This document shows positions 49,162-61,185 of a stretch of DNA of 64,000 nucleotides, piece by piece. The stretch covers positions 38,413,268-38,477,267 of the forward strand of contig JAUZTB010000017.1 of assembly GCA_034780895.1 (NCBI GenBank), read 5' to 3'. Within the stretch, counting starts at the first letter, position 1; every line of letters begins with the position of its first letter. Position numbers and translations under genes: made by a program. The DNA is from Rhynchobatus australiae. Its lineage: Eukaryota. The notes beneath the pieces are model-generated. The model ran no database searches. It was not told the origin of the DNA and saw only the letters and a list, made by a program, of their open reading frames with translations.

Positions 49162-49214
49162 TTAACCTTTGGACTATGTTTCAAGCAGCCCAAAATCTAG
49201 GAGGATACGAAGCG
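49162..49214 (+). CDS. ARID5B: ARID5B coding exon (exon 7 equivalent), 53 nt, phase 1 to 0; ARID domain
   Basis: Acceptor ttgttctttttaacag| and donor GCG|gtaagt. With the preceding A it gives INLWTMFQAAQNLGGYEA (recalled human INLWTMFQAAQKLGGYET). Confidence 0.96.
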
Positions 49215-50089
49215 GTAAGTCCAGTATTGCTTCACTAAAGATCACGCTCTGTAACTTTGCTTCTTTCGGTCTTGTCATTCAGCAGTTTATATAAATAAAC
49301 AGTGGCTATGACAAATTCTTAGCATGGCTGCAATCATTCTGAGTGTGTTTTAAAAGATCCTTTTTTTTGCACAGAGGCTATAGATTAGATCCAGATTTAG
49401 AATGGAGCAGATTTATTGTAAAAAGCTATAAGTGGAAAACACATGTAACAGCTCCTCTGTCAAGGAAAGAAGTGAGCTCTGTAATTTTTTCCCATGTTGC
49501 CTCTCAAAGGGGACAATTATAAAGCCAAGCCAAGACTGTAGAAAGGAATTTTTACTTGGCTGCTTACTTGGCATCTGTTCATTTGTAATATGGGAAAGTA
49601 TTAATGGCTGAAAAGTGAGTCAGTAATGGTTGTTAAAGAATTGTAAAGACCATTTGTCAGTTGTTTTTTTTTGACAAGCTAATATGGAATATTAAAAACC
49701 ATCAGTACACTGAGCAATGACGTCCACATCCTTTGCTTGTCTGGTCAGTCAGTAGGAGATTATTACAGTCTGTATATAGAGTGATTAACATTTTTTTAGA
49801 CCAACTGTTGAAGTACTAATATTTCAGCTATTTGTGCAGGAAAAAAGTTGCTGATTTAAAAATGACTTTTAAATACACTAATCTTGGGTGTTGATCACGG
49901 GTTAGTCAGTGGAACTCTCACAACTGAGTTCAAAGAGAGTGGATTCGAGTCCCACTCCAGAAATACAAGCAGAAAATTTAGAATGGCATTTTAGTATGGT
50001 GCTGTTCGCTGTTGTATGTCAGATGAGATGTTAAACCAAGTCCTCTTTTATAGGATTTAAAAGTGTAACAAGTTCAAGAAGTGGTGCAT

Positions 50090-50274
50090 TTCAGGTGTTT
50101 GAAATGAATAGATATCGTACATAGGGATAAGTAATTTCTTCTGTTGGAGAAGAGGGTTCAGATTGTAAATGTATAATAAAATTAGGCCTTTAAGGGGTGA
50201 AGGCAAAAAGTACTTTGTATAAAGGGTAGAGGAACTCGGGAACCCTTTGTCCCCCTTCCAAATCCAGGGATCAG
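50090..50274 (+). mobile_element. Old CR1 3' fragment
   Basis: attaggcctttaaggggtgaaggcaaaaagtactt..aaagggtagaggaactcgggaaccct. Confidence 0.45.
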
Positions 50275-50854
50275 NNNNNNNNNNNNNNNNNNNNNNNNNN
50301 NNNNNNNNNNNNNNNNNNNNNNNNNNNNNNNNNNNNNNNNNNNNNNNNNNNNNNNNNNNNNNNNNNNNNNNNNNNNNNNNNNNNNNNNNNNNNNNNNNNN
50401 NNNNNNNNNNNNNNNNNNNNNNNNNNNNNNNNNNNNNNNNNNNNNNNNNNNNNNNNNNNNNNNNNNNNNNNNNNNNNNNNNNNNNNNNNNNNNNNNNNNN
50501 NNNNNNNNNNNNNNNNNNNNNNNNNNNNNNNNNNNNNNNNNNNNNNNNNNNNNNNNNNNNNNNNNNNNNNNNNNNNNNNNNNNNNNNNNNNNNNNNNNNN
50601 NNNNNNNNNNNNNNNNNNNNNNNNNNNNNNNNNNNNNNNNNNNNNNNNNNNNNNNNNNNNNNNNNNNNNNNNNNNNNNNNNNNNNNNNNNNNNNNNNNNN
50701 NNNNNNNNNNNNNNNNNNNNNNNNNNNNNNNNNNNNNNNNNNNNNNNNNNNNNNNNNNNNNNNNNNNNNNNNNNNNNNNNNNNNNNNNNNNNNNNNNNNN
50801 NNNNNNNNNNNNNNNNNNNNNNNNNNNNNNNNNNNNNNNNNNNNNNNNNNNNNN

Positions 50855-50932
50855 TCTCCCCTTCACTCTCTTTCTCTCCCCTTCACTCTCTTTCTCTCCC
50901 CTTCACTCTCTTTCTCTCCCCTTCACTCTCTC
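50855..50932. repeat. 20-bp pyrimidine-rich minisatellite (cttcactctctttctctccc)n, running into a gap of about 580 N
   Basis: Three perfect units at 50861-50920 plus partial units on either side. Confidence 0.9.
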
Positions 50933-52311
50933 TGCCCCTTTCTCCTCACTTAACAGAATATTAATCTGATAGTGAATGGGCTGCCACAATCTAAGTAATT
51001 TCAGCTCCGGGCACAGATATGAAATGTTTAGCCACGGCACTGTACACAAAGAAGATTATGTTTGCTTTGTGCTCAGCGTCAAGAATTTATAATGTGTGTA
51101 TTCATACAGCTTGATAACCACCAGTTTGTTAACAAAGCATAAAAGCCCACTTCATAATAGAAAGTTATAAATATTATTTACTGAAAGTAGAAAATGTAAT
51201 TGCTAGCGAATGGATGCAAGAAACAGCATTGTTTCTGAAAACAAACTCTTTTGTTTGTTTTAATAATAACAGTACCCCGTTGCCTAGGTTTTCCATTACA
51301 GCCTTTAGTAATGAAATTCCATTGACGATTGCACTGCGCAAAAGCCCATTTTCTCTACATGATACACTGTTCTCATACAGGGCTTTTATGCAAATCAGGC
51401 TACAGTGGAGCTGCATTTCCTTTTTGCGAGGCCCTTCTGAATATGTGACTCAAGAACAATAGTTATGTCTTGTAAAAATTGAATAAGCATTGTGAAATAT
51501 GACTGCATATCAAGGAGATGCAAATTGAAACATAAAAGGAGTACCTTGTAACAGAATCCTGGCAGTGAACAGAAAATCAATATATTCTTGTGCATCCTTT
51601 TAGTCATCCTTGCATTACCAAGGCTTGCACATGATTCACACCGTGTTCAAACCCGGATTTACTACTGGTGCAGAGCATTTATAGCCTTGCACCAATGCTG
51701 AATGGGTGTTAATATTTTGAAGTGAAGCAAATTGAACCCTCCCTCCACTGCGGAGAGTTGAAATGATTTTTCTGGTGACGATTATGGCGGGCTCTGACAC
51801 CAGATTTGGGCTGCGGCTAAAACCGTTTCACATAGACACCGATGTCGTTTAAGAGTAAATGAAAGCATTTATCACCTTCACTGATTGGCTGAACTGGAAA
51901 TTCTTGTAATCCCAACACACAACGGACCCTCAATATTAACCATGCCCAAATCAGTGAAAAATTCGGCAAATGCTATAATGGCTGTGAAAGTGCAGCATCA
52001 CCCAGTTCACAGTCCAAATTGAGAACTTCTACCAGTTGCTCCTTTAGAAAGAAACTTCTGTGTCCTTTTAAAAATTTCCATTTCCAGTCAAACTGATACA
52101 AGTCAGGCATTCTCTCAAATGATGCATGGCTGAAAGGATTCCGTTAGTTCTTCCATCCATAAGAATAATGTTTAATGTCACGTGGAGCAGATTTATACAC
52201 ATTGATTTGCACCAGCTATCAAGTGCCCAGGGGATGAGTTACTGACTTGTTGCCACAGGTGGAGGGAATCAATGGATCACAGTGNNNNNNNNNNNNNNNN
52301 NNNNCTCATGT

Positions 52312-52328
52312 CCACCCTCTAGTGGCCA
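52312..52328 (-). promoter_or_regulatory. CTCF-like motif
   Basis: Minus strand TGGCCACTAGAGGGTGG resembles the CTCF core CCACYAGRKGGC. Motif match only. Confidence 0.35.
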
Positions 52329-52671
52329 TTCATAGAGGGAGCATCATTGGACATGGCTGAGAATCATATTGCCTTTTACACTGGGATGGTGCGTGAAGCA
52401 GAACTAGGAACAGAGGAGTAAAATAGATTTTGGGGAAAAATTCAAGGGTTAGAAAGAAAATGTTCCTTTGGAATAATGGCAGACTTAAAATTTTTGTGTT
52501 TGTGAAACTCCATCTCTCTTCCTTGTTTCCAGAATTTTTGGATTGTCTTGATATCTTTCTGAGCTGTATAGGAACACTGCTGGCTGAGGAGCAGGAAATG
52601 GCTTGGGTTGGGATGAGGAGGATCTAGCTACATCTATAATATCCAGCAGGACATTATTACTGATAAGATAG

Positions 52672-52965
52672 ATATATATATTTATTAGTCACGTGTACAT
52701 CGAAACACACAGTGAAATGCTGCACCTTGCATTACTGAGAATGTGCTGGGGGCAGCCGGCAAGTGTCACCACTTTTCCGGCACCAATATAGCATGCCCGC
52801 AGCTCCTAACCCATATGTCTTTGGAATGTGGGAGGAAACTGGAGCACCCGGAGGAAACCCACACAGACATGGGGAGAACGTACAGACTCCTTACAGACAG
52901 CGGCCGGAATTGAACCTGGATCGCTGGCGCTGTAATAGCGTTACACTAACCGCTACACTACCGTG
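52672..52965 (-). mobile_element. tRNA-derived SINE (same family as 6445-6727), comparatively young
   Basis: tttattagtcacgtgtacatcgaaacacacagtgaaatg tail, ggaatgtgggaggaaactggagcacccggaggaaaccc, reverse B box ggaattgaacc (52906-52916); CpGs retained. Confidence 0.9.
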
Positions 52966-53017
52966 TCGACCCAGCGGAGCCGCTGTAACCAACTGTGGGG
53001 CTTACCTGGTGAGAGAG

Positions 53018-53150
53018 GATCATTATAGTCACGCAGTGCAGATAAAGGCCCCACATCAACCATCAAACGCCCAACTACACTAATCCTGCATTAATCCTAT
53101 TTATTCTCCTTACATTCCCATCAACTCTTTCCAGATTCTACCGTCCATCT
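53018..53150 (-). mobile_element. SINE 3' fragment (same family as 41313-41665)
   Basis: tacactaatcctgcattaatcctatttattctccttacattcccatcaactc..ccagattct. Confidence 0.6.
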
Positions 53151-53689
53151 GATTGATTTCACCTTGAACTAGACGGCTTCCTCTGGAATCGCATGTTAAA
53201 ATCCATGTAAACAGGGCAACTGTGTGTTACGTGGGGATAGTTCCCCAGGTCAGGTTATGTAGCCTGTAGTAGGAGGGCAACAGTCAGACTTTCAGCTAAC
53301 ACTGGCTTTCGCTATGATTGTGGCAGATAACCGCGCGTCGGCAGTGGAAGCAAATCTACGATGAATTAGGAGGTAACCCTGGAAGCACCAGTGCAGCAAC
53401 GTGTACTCGCAGACATTACGAGAGGTAAGAGTCTGTCTGTCTGTCTGGGATGAAAATGCACACATTCACAGACCTTTTCGTTCAGCTCCTTTTGCACCAG
53501 GGTCACTGGACTTTACAAACTCTTGAGCACCAGATCTGAAAGGAATTCCATTTTGTTACCTTTATGGTGAAGCTTGCTTTAATCGTGAAATCACTGGTTG
53601 AAAATTTCACACTAGCAGCTGGAATTGTCTCGATTATAGAAATTGCTCAACTCTTTTATTGTCATTGGATTCAATGGAACTAAATATGG

Positions 53690-54520
53690 GATGGTTGATT
53701 TACCCAGATATCCGAACTGCAGGGTCCTTCAGTCCCACTTTATATATCAGTATCTGACCCACAGGCCTACTAATCCCAGGGAATTAATTTTCAACACTAA
53801 TCTTGACCAATCGATCCATAGTGCTAGTTAGTTTGGGCAATTAGCCTGCAGCTCTAGTTAATTCCTGGTGATTGATCTGCAGCATCAGTTATCTTTGGTC
53901 AACTAATCTGGAGGACTGGTTTCATCAGTGGGAGAGTCGCAAACAAGGGGGCATAGCTACAAAATAAGGGGCCGGTCATTTAAAACTGATGTCTTCTCTC
54001 GTAGGGTAGTGACTCTCAGGACCACTGTCCCATCGAGGGTGGTGGAGATGGATAAATATGTGAAAGATAGAGGGCTATGGGGAACTGGCAGAGAAGGGCA
54101 GTTGAGGACAGCAGAGATCAGCCATGATCATGTTGAATGATGAGGCAGGTTTGAGGGTCCTGGTGGCCCACTCAGGTTCCTATTTCTTGTTAATTCGAGA
54201 TGATTAATTCAGACCCCTACATAGTGCCAGATTAGTTAATCCCAAGCAATTGATCCACAGTAGTGGTTAATTCCAGGCACTGTTATCCACAGCACTGGTT
54301 AATACTGTGAATGAACTGTAGGACTGGATGATAGCAAACCACTGATCCATTGTTAGTTAATCCCATTGACTGATCTGTAGAGCTGGTTAATGATGTGTAA
54401 TGCTGGTTAATCCCGGATGAGCAATTCACAGCACTGGTCCTGAGTGTCGATCTACACCACTAGTTAATCACAGGCGTTTGATCTGTGGCTCTGGTTAAAA
54501 CACAGTATTGTTAATCCTGA
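53690..54520. repeat. Degenerate minisatellite of about 30 bp (consensus near ctggttaatcccaggcactgatccacagca), split by a CR1 insertion
   Basis: Recurrent units such as tagttaatcccaagcaattgatccacag, tggttaattccaggcactgttatccacagca and tagttaatcccattgactgatctgtagag on both sides of 53925-54190. Confidence 0.75.
53925..54190 (+). mobile_element. CR1 3' end
   Basis: Frame VGESQTRGHSYKIRGRSFKT..FSRRVVTL (CR1 TRGHSLK motif); close relative of 34610-34910. Confidence 0.85.
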
Positions 54521-56289
54521 TGGCAAATTGAAAGTTATTTCCATTTTGTTCCCTTTAAAAGCTTCATGTAGCATGAATATTCTGGGTGCATCTTCAGTGT
54601 TCAATACTGGACCAAATTCACATTAGCTCTCTTTTTGATTGTATTAAAAGAGATGTAATTATTGTGTTTCTTTCTGGTCAGGTTCAGTGAGCACACAAAC
54701 AAGCAGCTCCTAGCTGATATTGATAGAGTGGCCTGATTTAGAGGGTTTTTTTTTCCTCAGGAAAGCAATGACTAAATATGTTTACACTGCCGATTCAGTC
54801 TTTGCTACAACACTTTAAGATGATTAAGTGGGGCAGTGTGCTGTCAGGATGAATTGTGCTCCATTTCGGAACATGCACAGAGCACAGTGTTTATTTTCAC
54901 ATGGATTATTTTGTATTCACTACAGAATAAATTCATTTGATTTTTCTTCCTTGTGATGTAGTCTCATGCTGGATGGAAGCTTTTATTTTGAGCAAAGCAG
55001 AAACAATTTAATGCTGATGATTTCACTAATGTCCCTCAGGCTTTAACTNNNNNNNNNNNNNNNNNNNNNNNNNNNNNNNNNNNNNNNNNNNNNNNNNNNN
55101 NNNNNNNNNNNNNNNNNNNNNNNNNNNNNNNNNNNNNNNNNNNNNNNNNNNNNNNNNNNNNNNNNNNNNNNNNNNNNNNNNNNNNNNNNNNNNNNNNNNN
55201 NNNNNNNNNNNNNNNNNNNNNNNNNNNNNNNNNNNNNNNNNNNNNNNNNNNNNNNNNNNNNNNNNNNNNNNNNNNNNNNNNNNNNNNNNNNNNNTTAATT
55301 CTATTCGGGCCTATAATTAGATTAGAAACATGAATCTGTTTATGAGTTAATTTAAAAGACACAATTGGTATCTGCAAACTAATCAAGGGATCTGTAATCG
55401 GCAATTAGCCTCTTATTAGTTTTGCAGTTCTTACTTAAAATGTTAAGAAAACCTTTGGAGTGTGAGGATATACCACTACTGTGTCAAAATTACAAACAGG
55501 ATAATTCTCCCTGCATGGCTAGAAGTTGCCATTATTAATGTTTAGTGCTTTGTGCTGACCTACAGTCTGAACAGTACAACAAGATTGGTTTTCAACGTGC
55601 TGCCCATTCTAACATACGGTGTATTACAGAATTAACCTGCAGTAAAATGGAGCTTGCCTCAAGAGATCAAAATGAGCTTTATCAATAAACAATTTCAAAT
55701 ATTATAATAAAGCACAAATGTACTTTCCTGCTAATTGGTAATATATGAAAGGAAGTTGTATATAAAAAGAAAATATGGAAGCTACAACACTGATATAGGC
55801 CATCCTAATCATTTGTAAACTGCTGCCACTTTTTCAAGGCCAATTAGAGATGGATAATAAATGCAACCTTGCCACCTAGCCAATAGATACTTGGAAAAGG
55901 TCCAAGCCTAACAAAGTCAGGAAAAGAAAACTGGTTAACAATAGAAGGTTAGCTGGATGATTTTTCTCGTCAATTTACCATGTTAATGGATTAACTGAAA
56001 GGATGGGCTGTACTGATTACTTGCAAAAAAGAAATGTCATATTGGCCTACCTGGGGCAAGATCGTGGAAGCTGGTGAGATGTGCCTCACAAGAATCCAGA
56101 TAGGGCCACACCCAGTCACAGTATTTATTACTTTCCCATCTTAAGTTTGCATCTTCACGGATCATGAAGCGAAGATGGATGGTATTGTTGTAGCATTAAA
56201 TTAGAAAAAAGTTGTTAATTAATAAACTTGTATGATTTGAGTTGGCCAAATCATGGAAACTGTGAGGTCATGAGTTTAGACCTAAAAAA

Positions 56290-57250
56290 ATAATACAACA
56301 TTGTATTTTCTACAATAAACACAGTTGCATAGAAATTTTAGCAGAGCCAGATATTCTAAGTTGCATCACAGGTAAATTAACAGAGTTCATCATGAGCTAC
56401 AGTGTACAGGAGGGATTAGGGCAAGTGACGACGAGACGGATCTAAGAGTTGGCCTTTGGGATCCACTAAAAGGAGGGAAAAGAGTTAGTGAGGCAGAAGG
56501 GATTTGGGTGGGAATTCTGGAACTTCTAGGCTTTGGTACCAGAGGACATGGCCACCAATGGTGGAGCANNNNNNNNNNNNNNNNNNNNNNNNNNNNNNNN
56601 NNNNNNNNNNNNNNNNNNNNNNNNNNNNNNNNNNNNNNNNNNNNNNNNNNNNNNNNNNNNNNNNNNNNTACCAGAGGACATGGCCACCAATGGTGGAGCA
56701 ATTAATTTCATGGATGATGGAGCAGCCAGAATTAGAGTGATGCTGATATCAAAGGAGGGTTGCAGGCAGGGGGTGAAAGTAACGTGAATTCCCACTAGCA
56801 TGTAAATTTCTTAGCAAAAGGTCATGGTGCCAGCCACTTCCTGTGCCAGCCTGCACCAGCTTACTTCCTCCTCTGGTTACAGAAGTGGAGAAGGTCAGGG
56901 ACGTGCAAGGACTGAAAACGAGGATGAGAATTTTTAAGGTTGGCCCTTGCTCAATCAGGAGACTGAAGTTCAACGAGCACGGGTGATGAGTAAACAGGAC
57001 TTGATGCTCGTTAGTGTTTATGAATTTGTGTGACATTGATTTTAGAGACTAGAAAGAGGGAGCCTGTCAAGTTATGTATTGAAATAGACAAGTTTAAATG
57101 GACAAAGCTGTGAGTGAGTGAGGATTTCTTCAGGAGATGAGCTGAGATTGGTGAGGTAGGGCAGTCTTAACAGATAGCAATAGGCAGTGTTGGTGATGGC
57201 AGATATGGCAGCTGGGAAGCACAACCTGAGGTCAAACATAACATCAGCAT
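56290..57250 (-). mobile_element. Old L2-type LINE fragment
   Basis: ggccaccaatggtggagcaattaa, gaggatgagaatttttaagg, gggtgatgagtaaacaggactt; minus frame FKILILVF-like. Confidence 0.55.
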
Positions 57251-57269
57251 GGTGAACAATCAGTAAAAA

Positions 57270-57390
57270 TCAAAAACCCTGCAGATGCTGGAAATCTGAA
57301 GTAAAAACCTGAAAACGCTGGAAATATTCAGCAGGTCAGGCAGCATTTGTGGAAAGAGAAAACAAATTGATGGTTTGGTGAGGGTTTCCC
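57270..57390 (-). mobile_element. Penelope-like terminal fragment
   Basis: ctgcagatgctggaaatctgaagtaaaaacctgaaaacgctggaaatattcagcaggtcaggcagcatttgtggaaagagaa. Confidence 0.7.
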
Positions 57391-57959
57391 AGAGTTGAAC
57401 AATCGGGTTTGGTTTCAGACAGCTGTTGGGAAGAGGGACGGAGCTGGAGGTTAGGGAAGAGAGTTTGTGATGTGGACTGGAGATGCTGGCTTCAGTCTTC
57501 CCAGTAATTGATTGTGGGGAAGTTCCTATTGAATGGGGGCATTTGTAATTCAGGGCAAATGAGAAGTGTTGGTGAGGGAAGGCTGAGTATTGTCAGGATA
57601 CATGAGGAACCTGACACTGTTTTCAGATGTGTTAAATCTGAAGTTGGTATATTTTTTGTAGTTATTGGGGGATGTGGGGGTAAAGGCAGGTTGATGGAGT
57701 TTAGTCACGGATTAGCCAGGATTTCACTGAAAGCTGAAACAAGCTTGAGGGCCTAACTTGCCTATTCCAGACTTTGTATTCCTAAAGTAAGACACCAAAG
57801 CAGACTTACTGAATCACTGAGTAGACTCAGTGCTACAGTTCATACCTATTAATTTGCACCTTGTATGTGGATTCATATCCACTGTAGGCAGACGGAGAAT
57901 ATTGTTTCTTTGATAAGGTGACAGCAGTATGAGTGATGGCACTTTTAATAAATTACTTT

Positions 57960-58295
57960 AGAAGATCATGAGTTCAAGACTTGCTCCAGACACTTGAGCA
58001 CATGCTCTGTGCTAACATTTCAGCATAGCACCAAGCCAGTGATCATCTGTTGAAGATGTCACTTTTTGGGTGAAATCTTCCTTCTGGATGAACATAAAAG
58101 ATCACACGGGCTTATTCAAAATACAGGCCAAACTATTAACCCGACACCAGTTTAAAAACCATAATGTGGTCATTTAACAAATAGCAATTTATTGGATCTT
58201 GCTATAGAGAAATTGTCTGCCACCTTTCACTGCATTACAGCAATGACCTTGTTTCAAATATGTACCCACAGCAGTTAAACACTTTGGGATTTGCT
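57960..58295 (+). mobile_element. DeuSINE/SacSINE1-like SINE
   Basis: gagttcaagacttgctccagacacttgagcaca..ggatgaacataaaagatc..ggatcttgct..aaattgtctgcc..cattacagcaatgac. Confidence 0.6.
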
Positions 58296-60799
58296 GAGTT
58301 TATAAATTTTAATTCTTTCCTATTCTTGTGTGATTTTATCAAATAATTTCGCCTTCAGGAAAATATTTTTAAACTGCTATACTGGAAAGTTGACAAAGGG
58401 TTAACAAATAACAACAATGAAATTACTCATTGTCATCTGTTTTTTTTCACACGTTAGATGGTGATTGGCAAAATGCCAAGCTACATCTAGTTAAACATTT
58501 TGTTGCTCTTTGGTCCAGACCTGCAGTGAAAGATCTAACAAGAAATTAATATGAATTGCTGACTACAACAATTTGGGTATTTTGTAGGATTCAAATTCAA
58601 AATGATGAAACACAAGTTGCTTCAATAAACAGTTCCTCAGACTAATTTAAAACAGCATTGCATTCCATCCAGCTCTGCTCGTATTACAGTAACCTTACCT
58701 CTGTAAGGAATCAGTAAAAAAAATGCACTGCTGCACTGCAGGAAAATATCTCTGAGTTTACTTATTGTCAAAGTCACAACTCTTTTTAAAAACTCAGAAA
58801 TCAGATGGTGTGTGCTCTTTACTCTCTCAGGATTTTGCATACCTGTAGTTATTGGACTGAGTTTTGCATTATTTTTTAATGTCGCATTCATGGATGAACA
58901 GATTCTTTTTTTGGGAAGTTTCCTGGGATTCTTGTTTACTAAAAAGTTGATGGATTCACTAATATTGCTATAGATCAAAAGGCTGATATTGAGTGTCCAA
59001 AGTCCAGGTAGGTTCAACAATTGTCAAACCAGATGACCTCATCCGTGCAACAGAAGGGCAGCACATTATTGAAATCTTAACTTTATTTTCTAACTGATGT
59101 TAGTTATTTTTTTGAGTTTAGCTTTTTATCCTTGTGAATTGGATCGATGCCTGACCTGATCCATTACACACCGTTTTGATAGTGTATGCTATATTTCTAT
59201 TGAGATGTGTGGAACTCTTGTGTACTATTTTATTCACACTGGGTCCTTGAGTACATTCTAAACTCTATTTACTTATTTATGACTTCTTTCTATCATAGTT
59301 ATAGTCATCGCACCTGAGGACAAACTTGTTTTGCAGATTGATGGATTGTTTGTAAAATAGGGATCAAGTAGCAGAATATATTACAGATTTGAGCTATTGT
59401 GTATTTCCACTAAGCCAGCCTTTCATTAGATATGGTATCCCTATTGATTAACCTCACCACTGTTTCTCTGTAGTTACTGTGTCATTTTTGTCCCTGCACG
59501 TTGTTGAAGAGATACTATTTCCCAATTGGAAAAAATTACTTGAATAGTTCATTCCTTTAAAATTTTTTTGGTAATTCTAGTCGGCAACAAATATTTTAAT
59601 GCGTGATATTTTCTTGCTACTTTTCAATTTTGTTGTGAATTTTTTCTGATCTGGCGGGAGCGGTTAAACAATGCTGACAGAAATGCGATTGCCCCAGTTG
59701 AAAGTTGCACTTGAGTTTAAAATTGCAAATGTAGTGTTGTGCAGGTTAATGGAATCAGGTCATGAGGAGTAAAAGCTGCAGGACACAGATTCTAACGGTA
59801 TATTGATATGTTTCTGTTGGGCTACTGTATTAACATTACAACAGCATTCAAAATCCCTGTGTTTTTCCTCTTGAATTATTTAGCTTGAGTGCAGTGCTAG
59901 AGTCTGGTGTGTTTTGTTTATGTTCACAGCATCTTGCTGGCAGAGCTGGCATTTATTGCCCATCCCTGCTTGCTCTTTAAGAAGGCAGTGGTAGGACTCC
60001 TTGGTTTTATGGAAGTCCTTATGGTGAAGGTTGTCCCACTGCTATTGAAGAATGTACTGAGTTACACATTTTCCTCGAGTGCAGGATCTTGCCCTTGTGC
60101 TCTCCCGCAAATATTTGGTTATCAGCTAGAATTGTTTGAAAGCTTCACAATGTCCAAAAAGATGGCTGTGTTAAAGTTTCCAATTTGCTCCCTTGTGTGC
60201 CACAGACAAGTGGACCTTTTTCCTGTGTTTTATGTGCTGCCCTAATTAACATGGTATTTTGAGCCAAAACATTATTTCAGAAAGAGTGTGAAGGAAAGCA
60301 GGCTTGTTTCCTGGGAATAGAGGCATTATTTGATGTTGGCCTGTAAGGGGTCAGTTACCTCAGCAGCTACACAGACAGCAAATGGTTAGGAGCAAATTAC
60401 TGGACAGTAATTCACTGGAAGAGATCAGATGACATAATAAAACAGGAGGGCCAAGCTCAATCAGCTTAAGCATAGTGTTCTGAATCCCAGACTGCCCTTT
60501 ATCTTTTATTGTTCTGGAGCTTGATTTCATTATAAGGCCCAGTTTAAATTACATTTTCGGAGCTTATCAGCAGTCTCATTGCAAGTTTTAGAAGTCGCAC
60601 CTTTTAATGGTCCTGTGTATAGTTTGTAGAGTTGTGTATCACATGACAGGAAGCGAGAGTTTTATGATGCAGTGCAATGTAGGATTAATAATAGGATTAG
60701 ATGGCAGGATGAAAGGAGACTGGCACTAACATGTAATTTTACTAAATGGTACAATAGTTGGCCCACTGATATAAAACCAAATTAAACTTGTACAGTGCC

Positions 60800-61185
60800 A
60801 CAAATTAAACAGGGTGGGGCACCTTTCTCTATGCTGAGGGGGAAGGGGAAGATTAATGGTGGTATTTAAGATATTGAAGGGGATTGATAAGGATTGGTGT
60901 TGAAAAGGTGGGGGTGGGAGAGACCAAACTGAGAGGCCATTATCTAATGGAAACATGTATCTACATAACGTATTCCAGTCACAGGTAAATTCAAAAATAG
61001 AATTTAGGCAAAATTTATTTTCTCAGATCATGGGGCCTCTCTGCCTCATGGCGACGACCAGCCTAAATACATTTACATGGGAAACTAGATTAGTAGATGA
61101 GAAAGAATTAGAATATGCTGAAGGGATAAGGAGGAACTGGAAAGAGGCTCTTGAAAACCAGCCTTAGACTGAATGGCCTTCTGTT
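60800..61185 (+). mobile_element. Old CR1 3' fragment
   Basis: gggaagattaatggtggtatttaagatattgaagggattgataagg..gagaccaaactgagaggccat..gactgaatggcctt. Confidence 0.6.

Noticed and set aside
56537-56700. Duplication taccagaggacatggccaccaatggtggagca around an N gap
   Set aside because: Same contig-overlap artefact.
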